DNA of 64,000 nt, taken from positions 155,585 through 219,584 of the forward strand of contig CAYSQJ010000005.1 of the NCBI GenBank assembly GCA_964433345.1, written 5' to 3'. A program made the translations under genes and the position numbers. A model generated the notes under the pieces. That model did not search any database and had not been told where the DNA came from. It saw only the letters and a list, made by a program, of their open reading frames with translations. Positions 27,479-36,215 of this stretch are shown one piece after another (the stretch's first letter is position 1; every line of letters begins with the position of its first letter). Origin of the DNA: an uncultured Bordetella sp. (lineage in GTDB: Bacteria > Pseudomonadota > Gammaproteobacteria > Burkholderiales > SG8-41).

Positions 27479-28744
27479 ATGGGGAAAGAGAAAGCCGGGC
27501 CGGTTTCCGTGCCCGATTTCGCCGCGTTGCTGCGATCCGGCGACGTGGTTTCCTGGCCGCAGGGCACCGGTGAACCGGCAGGGCTGACCCGCCGCCTGGT
27601 GGCGCAGCGCCATGCCCTGAAGGATGTGAGCCTGTTCATCGGCATGATGGCCGGAGACACACTGCTTCCCGGTCAGGTCGACGGTTTCCGCATCCACGCG
27701 CTGAACGGCGCCGGCAGCAACCGCAGACTGGCTGCTGCCGGACTCCTCGATATCGTGCCGGTGCCCGTGTCCACCGTGCCGCGTCTGCTGCGTTCGCGGG
27801 AGATCGCGGTGGATGTCGCGCTGATCCGCGTGCGGCCGGCAGCAGAATCCGGCTGGTACACCACAGGCGTTATTGCCGATTACACGCAGGCGCTGGTGTC
27901 CGCCGCGCGCTGCGTGATTGCGGAAATCGATGAGCATCTTCCGCTGACGGCGCAGGACGCGCTGATTGCCGCCGAAGACATCGATGTTCTGGTGCGGGCG
28001 GACGGTGCCGCGGTGGTGATGGACGACGGCGAGCCTTCGGCGATTGAAATGCAGGTGGCGGAACAGGTGGCCGCGCGCATTCCGGACGGTGCGACGCTGC
28101 AGCTGGGCATCGGCGGCCTGCCCGTGGCGGTGTGCCGCGCGCTGCAGGGCCACCGCCATCTGGGCGTGCACAGCGGCGTGGTGCCGGATGCGATCGTCGA
28201 TCTCGTCAGATGCGGTGCCGTTGATCACACGCGCAAGGGTGCCGATGCCGGACTCATGGTCACCGGCGGGCTGTTCGGCGGCGAGCGCCTCTACCGTTTA
28301 GCCGATGCCAATGCCGCGGTCGCGATGCGTTCGGTGGAATACACCCACAATCCCGCGGTGATGGCCGGCATCAACCAATTGCATGCCATCAATTCAGCGA
28401 TCGAGGTTGACCTGTCGGGACAGGCCAATGCCGAGGTGGCCGGCGGCCGCTACATCGGCGCGGTCGGCGGACACGGTGATTTCGTGCGCGGCGCACAGGT
28501 TTCAAGCGGCGGCCGCTCGATCATCGCGCTGCCGTCGACGACGCCCGACGGCAGACATTCACGCATCGTCGCCTCGCTCGCGGGGCGTCCAGTGACCACG
28601 GTGCGCGCCGACATGGATTGGGTGGTGACGGAATACGGCCTTGCCGAATTGAGGGGCTGTTCGCTGGCGCAACGCGCGCAGCGCCTGCTTGCCATCGCAC
28701 ATCCGGCATTCCGTGAACGACTGGCCGCGGACATGAAACAATAG
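27479..28744 (+). CDS. Acetyl-CoA hydrolase/transferase-family CoA-transferase (4-hydroxybutyrate CoA-transferase-like)
   Basis: 768-aa ORF trimmed to MGKEKAGPVSVPDFAALLRSGDVVSW; ...INSAIEVDLSGQANAE..., GGHGDFVRGA, VTEYGLAELRG. Confidence 0.75.
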   Translation: MGKEKAGPVSVPDFAALLRSGDVVSWPQGTGEPAGLTRRLVAQRHALKDVSLFIGMMAGDTLLPGQVDGFRIHALNGAGSNRRLAAAGLLDIVPVPVSTVPRLLRSREIAVDVALIRVRPAAESGWYTTGVIADYTQALVSAARCVIAEIDEHLPLTAQDALIAAEDIDVLVRADGAAVVMDDGEPSAIEMQVAEQVAARIPDGATLQLGIGGLPVAVCRALQGHRHLGVHSGVVPDAIVDLVRCGAVDHTRKGADAGLMVTGGLFGGERLYRLADANAAVAMRSVEYTHNPAVMAGINQLHAINSAIEVDLSGQANAEVAGGRYIGAVGGHGDFVRGAQVSSGGRSIIALPSTTPDGRHSRIVASLAGRPVTTVRADMDWVVTEYGLAELRGCSLAQRAQRLLAIAHPAFRERLAADMKQ

Positions 28745-28788
28745 CGGGATGCAGCAGGCGGCATGCAGTGGCAGTGGAAAATTTTAAT

Positions 28789-28803
28789 AAGTAATTGATT
28801 TTA
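28789..28803 (+). promoter_or_regulatory. AT-rich recurrent element core, copy 4
   Basis: aagtaattgatttta, 11 nt upstream of ATG 28815; the reverse complement aATCAAttacTTa matches WATCAANNNNTTR. Confidence 0.55.
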
Positions 28804-28814
28804 AAGGAAATAGT

Positions 28815-29978
28815 ATGGAATTTGCTTTGACGCCCGAACAGCACAGCGTGGTCAAGACGGTGCGCGAACTGACGCAGGACCAGTTCAAGCCGAACGCCCT
28901 GAAGTACATGGACGGCACTTTTCCCTGGGACAACATCAAGGCGCTCGCGGAAATCGGCGTGCTCGGCATGGCGGTGCCCGAGGAATACGGCGGGCTCGGC
29001 CTGCCGGTGTTCGACACCGCGCTGGTGCTCGAGGAAATTGCCAAGGGCTGTTACGTCACCGCGATGGCGGTGCTTGGAGAGGTCGGCGTGCAGACCAAGA
29101 TCATCGACAATTTCGCGCCCGACAGCATCAAGAAACGCCTGCTGCCCGGCGTGTGCACCGGTGAAACCATCCTCGCGATCTGCATGACCGAGCCGCATGC
29201 CGGCACCGACGTCGCCAACTACCGCACCAACACCGAGATCAGGGGCGACAGACTGGTGATGAACGGCGTGAAGACGCTGATCAGCCGCGTCGACGAGGCG
29301 CAGGCCTTCATCGTGTTCAGCCGCATCAACAAGACCCCGGGACGCGAGGGCATAGGCTGCGTGATGATCGAGCGCGGCACGCCGGGGTTCGAGTGCACGG
29401 CGCGTTACCACACCATGGGCGGCGAGAATCTCGCCGAAATCCGCTTCGAGAACTGTGAACTGCCGCTGGAAAACCTGATCATCCGCGAGGACGGTTTCCG
29501 CAAGCTGCTCAACGCCTTCAACACCCAGCGTTGCCTCAACCCGAGCATTTCTCTGGGCCTGGCCGAAGGCGCCTTCGAGGAGGCGGTGAAGTACGCGCGC
29601 GAACGCGAGGCCTTCGGCCGCTCGATCGGCGATTTCCAGGCCATCCGCCACAAGATCGCCGAAATGTACCGCGACATCGAGGCCAGCCGCTCGATTCTCT
29701 ACCGCGCCTGCGCCACCGCGAACCCCTTTCCGAATCCGTACATGGCGGCGATCGCGAAAATCACCGTCAACGAAATGTCGCTGCGCGTGACCAGCGAGGC
29801 GATTCAGGTCCACGGCGGTTACGGCTTCACCGACGAGTTCCCGGTGTCGCGGTTCTACCGCGGCGCGCGTTACGGCTCGCTGGGCGGCGGCACCACCGAG
29901 ACGCTGAAGGAACTGGTCGGCAAACACATCCTCGGCGATTTCGGCAAGGATGGTTTCCTTGACCTGGGCACGTTCTGA
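28815..29978 (+). CDS. Acyl-CoA dehydrogenase
   Basis: 387 aa; CMTEPHAGTDV, LVMNGVKTLIS, IQVHGGYGFTDEFPVSRFYRGAR. Confidence 0.85.
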   Translation: MEFALTPEQHSVVKTVRELTQDQFKPNALKYMDGTFPWDNIKALAEIGVLGMAVPEEYGGLGLPVFDTALVLEEIAKGCYVTAMAVLGEVGVQTKIIDNFAPDSIKKRLLPGVCTGETILAICMTEPHAGTDVANYRTNTEIRGDRLVMNGVKTLISRVDEAQAFIVFSRINKTPGREGIGCVMIERGTPGFECTARYHTMGGENLAEIRFENCELPLENLIIREDGFRKLLNAFNTQRCLNPSISLGLAEGAFEEAVKYAREREAFGRSIGDFQAIRHKIAEMYRDIEASRSILYRACATANPFPNPYMAAIAKITVNEMSLRVTSEAIQVHGGYGFTDEFPVSRFYRGARYGSLGGGTTETLKELVGKHILGDFGKDGFLDLGTF

Positions 29979-29992
29979 GCGCGGGGTGATTG

Positions 29993-30859
29993 ATGCGATC
30001 GCTGCTGTTCGTGCCCGGTGACGACGAGCGCAAGCTGGCGAAAGGGCTGGCCTGCGCAGCCGACGCCCTGATCCTCGATCTCGAGGATTCTGTGGCCGTA
30101 GCGCGCAAGCCTGCGGCGCGCGGATTGTGCGCGGAAGTGCTGGGTTCGGCACGGACGGACAAGCGTCTCTACCTGCGCATCAATGCGCTGGACAGCGGTC
30201 TTGCGGAGGACGACCTCGCCGCGGTGGTGGCGTCCGGGCCGGCGGGCATCATGCTGCCGAAATGCCGTCACGGTGACGATGCGCGGCAGCTCGCCGCGAT
30301 GTTGTCGCGGCTCGAGGCCGAAGCCGGCCTGCCGGCCGGCGGCATCGGCATTCTGCCGATTGCCACGGAAACCGGTGCGTCGATGTTCGGCCTTGGCAGT
30401 TACGCCTATCCGCCGATCCCGCGGTTGCACGGATTGCTGTGGGGTGCCGAGGACCTCGCGGCAGACCTGGGCTCGCTGGCCAAACACGAGGCCAATGGGC
30501 AGTACACGGCGCCGTACCAGCTCGCGCGATCCCTGTGCCTGTACGGCGCGGCTGCGGCATCGACCATCGCGCTCGATGCGGTGTTCGTCAATTTCCGCTA
30601 CTCCGCGGGTCTGCGCGCCGAGGCCGAAGCCGGCGTGCGTGACGGTTTCCAGGGCAAGGCCTGCATCCATCCCGACCAGGCCGTGGTGATCAACGAGGTG
30701 TACACACCGTCGCCGGCCGCCATCGAGGAAGCCCGGCGCATCGTGGCCGCTTTTGATGCCAGTCCCGGCATGGGGGTGGTGGCAATGGAGGGCAGGATGG
30801 TGGACCGGCCGCATTATGTGGCCGCGCAGCGCGTGCTGGCGCGCGCGGGGCGCGCCTGA
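29993..30859 (+). CDS. CitE/HpcH-family acyl-CoA lyase (citrate lyase beta / citramalyl- or malyl-CoA lyase-like)
   Basis: MRSLLFVPGDDERKLAKG..., ADALILDLEDSVA, IHPDQ motif. Confidence 0.8.
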   Translation: MRSLLFVPGDDERKLAKGLACAADALILDLEDSVAVARKPAARGLCAEVLGSARTDKRLYLRINALDSGLAEDDLAAVVASGPAGIMLPKCRHGDDARQLAAMLSRLEAEAGLPAGGIGILPIATETGASMFGLGSYAYPPIPRLHGLLWGAEDLAADLGSLAKHEANGQYTAPYQLARSLCLYGAAAASTIALDAVFVNFRYSAGLRAEAEAGVRDGFQGKACIHPDQAVVINEVYTPSPAAIEEARRIVAAFDASPGMGVVAMEGRMVDRPHYVAAQRVLARAGRA

Positions 30860-30873
30860 GATCGGCGGGGCGC

Positions 30874-32154
30874 ATGGCTGCGGCACGCAAAAAAACGGTC
30901 GCGAAAAAATCACCGTCGCGGCAGCCCGCTCGGCGCAAGCCGTTGCGATCCGCGAAGCGGGCGGGCGGCCAGCCGCTGGCGGGCATCACCGTCATTGACC
31001 TCTCGCATGTCTATAACGGGCCCTATGCCACCTTCCTGATGGCGATGGCCGGTGCCGAAGTGATCAAGGTCGAGCCCCTGTCGGGTGAACACCTGCGCAG
31101 CCGCGGCGACATGGGCGGTGCCGACTATCCCTTCGCCATGCTCAATTCCAACAAGAAATCAGTGACCCTCAACCTCAAGGCGAAGCAGGGGCGTGAACTG
31201 CTGCGCGAAATGGCCGTGCGAGCCGACATCCTGGTCGAGAACTTTGCGCCGGGCGTCACTGACCGCCTCGGCATCGGGCCGGCCGCGCTGCGGAAAATCA
31301 ATCCGCGGCTGATCTACGGTTCGAGCTCGGGTTACGGCAAGACCGGTCCCTACCGCGACTACCCGGCGATGGACCTGGTGATGCAGGCAATGTGCGGCGT
31401 GATGCATTCAACCGGTTTCCCCGATCAGCCCCCGGTCAAGTCAGGTGCGGCAATGTGCGATTTCAGCGCGGGCATTCATCTGTATGCCGCGATCATGACC
31501 GCTCTTTTTGAACGCGAGCGCACGGGCAGGGGGCGAGTGGTCGAAGTCTCGATGCAGGACGCGACCTATGCCTCGCTGGCCTCGAACCTCGGCATGCTGC
31601 ATGCGCGCGGCGCCGCCGCACCGGCGCGCACCGGCAACCGCCACGGCGGCCTCGGCATTTCGCCCTACAACGCCTATGCCGCTAAGGATGGATATGTCGT
31701 GCTCAATGCGCCGGGTGATCATCATTTCCGCGCCATCCTCGATGTGATGGGGCGTTCCGGGCTGAAGGACGATCCGCGTTTTGCCAGCCGTTCGGCGCGC
31801 GTTGCGAATTTCGCCGCCGTCGACGAACTGATCGAGGGCTGGACACGGACCCTGCCGAAGCACGACATTGCGCAACGCATGCTCGCGGCTGCCGTGCCCT
31901 GCGCGCCGGTGCGCGATCTGGCGGAAGTGATGAACGACGAAAACATGCACGCCCGCGGCAGCCTGCAATGGGTCGACCATCCGCAGCTGGGGCGCGTGGT
32001 GCTGCCGCATACGCCGCTGGTGTTCGAGGGTACAAAGCGAAAACCGCTGCAAGCCAGCCAGGCGCTGGGTACGAGCAATGATGCGGTGTTCGGCCGCTGG
32101 CTCGGGCATACCAAGCGCGAACTGGCGGCGTTCAGGGCTGACGGGGTGATCTGA
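30874..32154 (+). CDS. Family-III (CaiB/BaiF) CoA-transferase with basic N-terminal tail
   Basis: PLAGITVIDLSHVYNGPYATFLMAMAGAEVIKVEP and the rest of the CaiB fold; first 33 aa are Lys/Arg-rich. Confidence 0.8.
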   Translation: MAAARKKTVAKKSPSRQPARRKPLRSAKRAGGQPLAGITVIDLSHVYNGPYATFLMAMAGAEVIKVEPLSGEHLRSRGDMGGADYPFAMLNSNKKSVTLNLKAKQGRELLREMAVRADILVENFAPGVTDRLGIGPAALRKINPRLIYGSSSGYGKTGPYRDYPAMDLVMQAMCGVMHSTGFPDQPPVKSGAAMCDFSAGIHLYAAIMTALFERERTGRGRVVEVSMQDATYASLASNLGMLHARGAAAPARTGNRHGGLGISPYNAYAAKDGYVVLNAPGDHHFRAILDVMGRSGLKDDPRFASRSARVANFAAVDELIEGWTRTLPKHDIAQRMLAAAVPCAPVRDLAEVMNDENMHARGSLQWVDHPQLGRVVLPHTPLVFEGTKRKPLQASQALGTSNDAVFGRWLGHTKRELAAFRADGVI

Positions 32155-32185
32155 GTTTCAGTGCCCCGGGGCGAATGGCGGCGCT

Positions 32186-33061
32186 CTAAAGCAGTTTTCG
32201 CGCAATACCGTCGACCATCGCATTCAGGGTATCGAACACCTTGACGCCGGCTGCTTCCAGCGCTGCGCGTTTCGCGGCATAACCACCGTGCGAGCCGTAG
32301 GTCAGCGCGCCGGCATGGCCCATCGCCACGCCCTCCGGAGCCGTCCTGCCGGCGATCAGCGCGAACACCGGCTTGGCGAAGGCCTGCGCCTGCAACGCCT
32401 GCGCGAAATCCTCCTCGTCGTGGCCGCCGATTTCACCGATGATCAGCAGTGCCCTGGTCTGCGTGTCCTGCGCATAGAAGGGCACCAGGTCCGAATAACG
32501 CAGGCCCTTCACCGGATCGCCGCCGACGCCGATCCACACCGAGGTGCCGACGCCGCGCTGGGCGAGACGGAATCCCGCTTCGTAGGACAGCGTTCCCGAT
32601 TTCGACATCAGGCCCAGCGGGCCGGACTTCAGTGACACGTCGGGCAGGAAGCCGAGCTTGGCGACTTCGGCCACCGCCATGCCCGGCGTCGAGCCGCCGA
32701 TCCACAATACGCCGGCCTCCTGCGTCAGGCGTTTGGCCTGCAGCGCATCGTGCACTGGCATGCCTTCGGTGGGCGTGACGATCATTTTGACACCGGCGGC
32801 GACGGCTTCGCGCATGGCGGCCAGCAGGTCATAGGCGCCGACCAGCGCGACACTGACCGTGGCGCCGGTGGCCTTCACTGCAGAGGCGCAATCCGGGAAC
32901 AGCGGAGTGCCGTTGATCTCCTTGACGTCCTTCGCCGGCGACACGCCGCCGACAAGATTGGTGCCGTATTCCTTCATCAGCCGGCTGTGCAGGCGGCCGG
33001 CGCGGCCGCTGATGCCCTGGAGGATGATCCTGGTGCTGCGGTCGATGCGGGGGAGGCTCAT
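32186..33061 (-). CDS. Succinyl-CoA synthetase alpha-subunit-like acid-CoA ligase subunit
   Basis: 291 aa; RIILQGISGRAG, SKSGTLSYE, catalytic-His region AMGHAGA. Confidence 0.8.
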   Translation of the reverse strand: MSLPRIDRSTRIILQGISGRAGRLHSRLMKEYGTNLVGGVSPAKDVKEINGTPLFPDCASAVKATGATVSVALVGAYDLLAAMREAVAAGVKMIVTPTEGMPVHDALQAKRLTQEAGVLWIGGSTPGMAVAEVAKLGFLPDVSLKSGPLGLMSKSGTLSYEAGFRLAQRGVGTSVWIGVGGDPVKGLRYSDLVPFYAQDTQTRALLIIGEIGGHDEEDFAQALQAQAFAKPVFALIAGRTAPEGVAMGHAGALTYGSHGGYAAKRAALEAAGVKVFDTLNAMVDGIARKLL

Positions 33062-34209
33062 TGTTTTGCTCCCCGGTTTGCGGCCTGCAGGTGCCCGCGC
33101 ACTTCCACCAGCGCGGCATCAAGATCGTTGTGCAGCGTGATGCCGGCTTGCGCCAGCACCTCGCGCGCGGCTTCCATGCCGTTGCCGACCAGCCTCGCCA
33201 CCACCGGCACCCTGAACTCCGGCACATCCTTCAGCGCGCTGACCAGCAGCCTCGAGAATTCGCCGAGTTCGGTGATGCCGGCGAAAATGTTGATCAGCAG
33301 CACCTTCACGTTTTTGCCTTCGCGCATCCAGTTCAGCACGTTGATGAGGCGCTTGGTTTCGCCGCGCAGGCCCCCGGTGCGGATGTCGAGGAAGTTGTAG
33401 GGTTTGAGTCCGGCGCCGCGCATCTCGTCGATCAGCATCATCGACAGCCCGGCGCCGGTGGTCAGCAGTGCGATTTCACCCTCGGGGTCGACCACCACGT
33501 AGTCGCAGCCGTGGGCATCCTTCAGCGTGGTTTCGACATAGGCGCCGCAGACATCTGCGAGCAGCGCGTGCTGCTGCGGCTGGCGGGGCAGCGCGGAGTC
33601 GTCGGTGACGAACTTGGCGTCGCCGGCGAGCCAGCTGCCGTCGGCCTTCACGAACAGCGGGTTGATTTCGATAAGCAGGGCTTCTTCGGCGAGGAAGGCA
33701 GAGGCCATCGCACGACCGGCTTCGGCAAGTGCCTTGCCTGCGGCACCGGGAAACGAGACCGCCAGCTTTTCCGCGGCTGCGGTCAGCGCCGGAACATCGG
33801 GTGCGGCAGATGCGGTTTTCAGCGCATCGCGCGGCAGGGCCTCGATTTCCATGCCGCCCTGCGCCGCCATGATGATGCGTACGCCGGCCGCAGCAGGGTC
33901 TAGCATCATCGCGATATAGGCTTCGCTGGCGCCATCAACCTGTTGTTCGACGCGCACCGCATTGACCGTGCGGCCCTTGGCTGTTTTGCCGATGATGTCT
34001 GCGGCGCGCGCTGCCACATCGGCGGCGCTGTCGGCTTTTTTGATCAGGCCGGCCTTGCCGCGGCCGCCGGCAGTGATCTGGCCTTTGACCACCCAGGGAC
34101 CTGCGGGCAATGCGTTTGCGGCCGTCGGCTGGGTCAGCAGGCAGCCTTGCGGTGCCGGGATGTTATGGCGGGCCAGCAGCTGCTTGGCGTCGTGTTCTAA
34201 TAAGTACAT
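33058..34209 (-). CDS. Succinyl-CoA synthetase beta-subunit-like (ATP-grasp) acid-CoA ligase subunit
   Basis: MYLLEHDAKQLLARHNIPAP, ATP-grasp layout, INIFAGIT; ATGA overlap with the alpha-like gene. Confidence 0.8.
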   Translation of the reverse strand: MYLLEHDAKQLLARHNIPAPQGCLLTQPTAANALPAGPWVVKGQITAGGRGKAGLIKKADSAADVAARAADIIGKTAKGRTVNAVRVEQQVDGASEAYIAMMLDPAAAGVRIIMAAQGGMEIEALPRDALKTASAAPDVPALTAAAEKLAVSFPGAAGKALAEAGRAMASAFLAEEALLIEINPLFVKADGSWLAGDAKFVTDDSALPRQPQQHALLADVCGAYVETTLKDAHGCDYVVVDPEGEIALLTTGAGLSMMLIDEMRGAGLKPYNFLDIRTGGLRGETKRLINVLNWMREGKNVKVLLINIFAGITELGEFSRLLVSALKDVPEFRVPVVARLVGNGMEAAREVLAQAGITLHNDLDAALVEVRGHLQAANRGAKQ

Positions 34210-34219
34210 GATTTATATA

Positions 34220-35005
34220 TTATTTTTTCTTGCGGTTGAGGAATGATTGCATCATGCGCCGCGGTTCGTCGGTGCTGCGGGCCTCCACGCAGGTGCGAAT
34301 GCCCGCCTGTATGGCCTCTGCCAGCGGCAGCCGCTCCCAGTCGCGCAGCAGCGCCTTCTGCAAACGCATCACGCGCGGTCCGCCGCGCAGGAGGGAATCG
34401 AGCCATTGCCCGACCTTCGCATCGAGACCGGCCGCGGGTGTGACCGCCTGCAGAAAACCGATGCGGTGGGCCTCCTGCGCATCGATGATGTCGCCGGTGT
34501 ATACGAGTTCGGCCGCCTTGCCCCAGCCGACGAGCCGCGGCAGCAGCGCGGCCTCCATGCCGGAAGGAATGCCCACCCGCACTTCGGGCATGCCGAACTT
34601 TGCGCTGTCGACGGCGACCCGCAGATCGCAGGCCGCGGCGAGCTCCATGCCGAATCCCAGGCACCACCCGTTTATTCGCGCAATCACCGGAACCGGCAGT
34701 GCGCGTATGGATTCATTGGCGACATGCGTCAGGCTGTGCTCGACTTCCGCGCCGGCGGCATCGAGATCCTTCATTTCATGAATGTCGGCGCCGGCGATGA
34801 ACGACTTCTCTCCGGCGCCGGTGATGACCACCGCGCGCAGCCCCTCGTCACGGCCGAGCTCCGAAAACCTTGCGGCAATTGCGCGCTTGCCGGCCATGCC
34901 CAGGGCGTTGCGCCGTGAGGGATTGTTGACCGTCAGCCAGGCAATGCGGCCGGCTTCACCCCGTTCCTCGATGCGGCAAAGCAGCAGCTCTTCCTGTGTG
35001 CTCAT
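34220..35005 (-). CDS. Enoyl-CoA hydratase/isomerase (crotonase) family protein
   Basis: 261 aa; VVITGAGEKSFIAGADI, ARINGWCLGFGMELAAACDLRVA. Confidence 0.85.
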   Translation of the reverse strand: MSTQEELLLCRIEERGEAGRIAWLTVNNPSRRNALGMAGKRAIAARFSELGRDEGLRAVVITGAGEKSFIAGADIHEMKDLDAAGAEVEHSLTHVANESIRALPVPVIARINGWCLGFGMELAAACDLRVAVDSAKFGMPEVRVGIPSGMEAALLPRLVGWGKAAELVYTGDIIDAQEAHRIGFLQAVTPAAGLDAKVGQWLDSLLRGGPRVMRLQKALLRDWERLPLAEAIQAGIRTCVEARSTDEPRRMMQSFLNRKKK

Positions 35006-35709
35006 GATATCGATATCCGTTTTTGGGAAGCGGCTTGTTCGTGGCTGACCGCCGGCGCGATCAGTCGGTACAGCGCGCGCCGCGTGTTGCTGAACAGCGA
35101 GCGCATTTTTTCGGTCCAGGGCGTCTTGCGCGCCTGCAGCGCGGCCGGGCTTTCCCAGACATCGGGGCCGGTCATTTCGTAGGCGGTCAGGTATTTCGGG
35201 CCGTCAGAACCGCTGCCGAGAATGCCGGTGGACATGTAGCGCCGGGCGCGCAGCACGCCGGGAATCGCCGCGCAGCGCGGCAGGTGCTCGCTGTCGTACC
35301 AGGCGTTGTATTCGTCGACGATATGGTCGGGGATGTCGGTATGCACGATGTACATCCATGGCGCGTCGCCGAAATCCGTCCGGCCCACTTCGCACATCAG
35401 CCTGAAGTTCATGCGTTCGCGCCTGTCGCCGTACAGCGTGCGCATGCGCTGCGACCAGGGCGTGGGGCTGGAGACGATATGCTGGAAATCCGGACCGGCC
35501 TCGACGGTTTCGTCGGCGGTTTCGTACCAGGCAAGGTAGCGGATGTCTGCGCTTTCGCAGAAATAGCGCCGCGTGCGTACGAAGCCGGGCAGGGCGGTCA
35601 GCTGCGGCACATGCTCGAGGCGGTACCAGTCGTTGAATTCGGCGTCGTGTTCGGGCGCGACGTCAAGGCGGACGGTGATGAGGCCGGTGGCTTGGGCTTG
35701 GATGTTCAA
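35002..35709 (-). CDS. Hypothetical protein with two tandem EthD/DUF4286-like (dimeric alpha/beta-barrel) repeats
   Basis: Internal repeat EFNDWYRLEHVPQLTALPGFVRTRRY / EYNAWYDSEHLPRCAAIPGVLRARRY; TTG start, uncertain; ATGA overlap with the crotonase gene. Confidence 0.5.
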   Translation of the reverse strand: MNIQAQATGLITVRLDVAPEHDAEFNDWYRLEHVPQLTALPGFVRTRRYFCESADIRYLAWYETADETVEAGPDFQHIVSSPTPWSQRMRTLYGDRRERMNFRLMCEVGRTDFGDAPWMYIVHTDIPDHIVDEYNAWYDSEHLPRCAAIPGVLRARRYMSTGILGSGSDGPKYLTAYEMTGPDVWESPAALQARKTPWTEKMRSLFSNTRRALYRLIAPAVSHEQAASQKRISIS

Positions 35710-35744
35710 GAGATCAACTGGGCTGGTTTTGAGGTTTGGGGTTG

Positions 35745-35867
35745 CCCCTCACCCTAACCCTCTCCCCATCAGGGGACGGGGAGAGGGGACGAGCAAGGTT
35801 GGGTGGATAAGTCCGCTCTTTTACACCCTCTCCCCGAACGCTTTCGGGGAGAGGGCAGGGTGAGGGG
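35745..35867. repeat. REP pair (tail-out) of the CCCCTCACCC-CCCTCTCCCC-loop-GGGGAGAGGG family
   Basis: Forward unit 35745-35788, inverted unit 35826-35867. Confidence 0.85.
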
Positions 35868-35888
35868 CTACAAAGTCGCAAGACTGAT

Positions 35889-36200
35889 TCAAGCCGGAAC
35901 CTCAATATCCACCAGCGGCCCGTACTGCTGCCCACCAAATACATCGCCGTCATCGACATCCCCTGAAATCACCGGCCGCGGGATGGTGATCTTGATCGCG
36001 GTCGCAGCGTCGTAGTTGATGATGGCGACGACTTCGGGTTTCAGGCGGTAGGTCTTCGCGAACCAATCGGCATTGATCAGCTTTGCGTCGCGGACTTTCT
36101 CGTAGGTCGCGCGCTCCTTGAAAATGACGTCGAAGGTCAGCTCGAAGGGGCCGGAGTTCTTGCTGCGGATCAGCTTGGTCACCTGCCAGAGTTTGATCAC
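35889..36200 (-). CDS. DUF4387-family protein (AtuA partner)
   Basis: 103 aa, MIKLWQVTKLIRSKNSGPFELTFDVIF; sits directly downstream of an AtuA/DUF1446 gene as in known pairs. Confidence 0.7.
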   Translation of the reverse strand: MIKLWQVTKLIRSKNSGPFELTFDVIFKERATYEKVRDAKLINADWFAKTYRLKPEVVAIINYDAATAIKITIPRPVISGDVDDGDVFGGQQYGPLVDIEVPA

Positions 36201-36215
36201 GTTTTTACCCCTTCC

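Noticed and set aside
26438-28744. 768-aa ORF that looks like a fusion protein
   Set aside because: Its first about 345 codons run out of frame through the acyl-CoA dehydrogenase gene and are Arg/Pro-rich nonsense. Homology to CoA-transferases starts at the internal Met, so the gene was trimmed to 27479..28744.
34198-34228. Eighth copy of the AT-rich element (taataagtacatgatttatatattatttttt)
   Set aside because: It has only 11/15 matches to the core and overlaps a start codon and a stop codon. It was treated as a doubtful, degenerate copy and not annotated.
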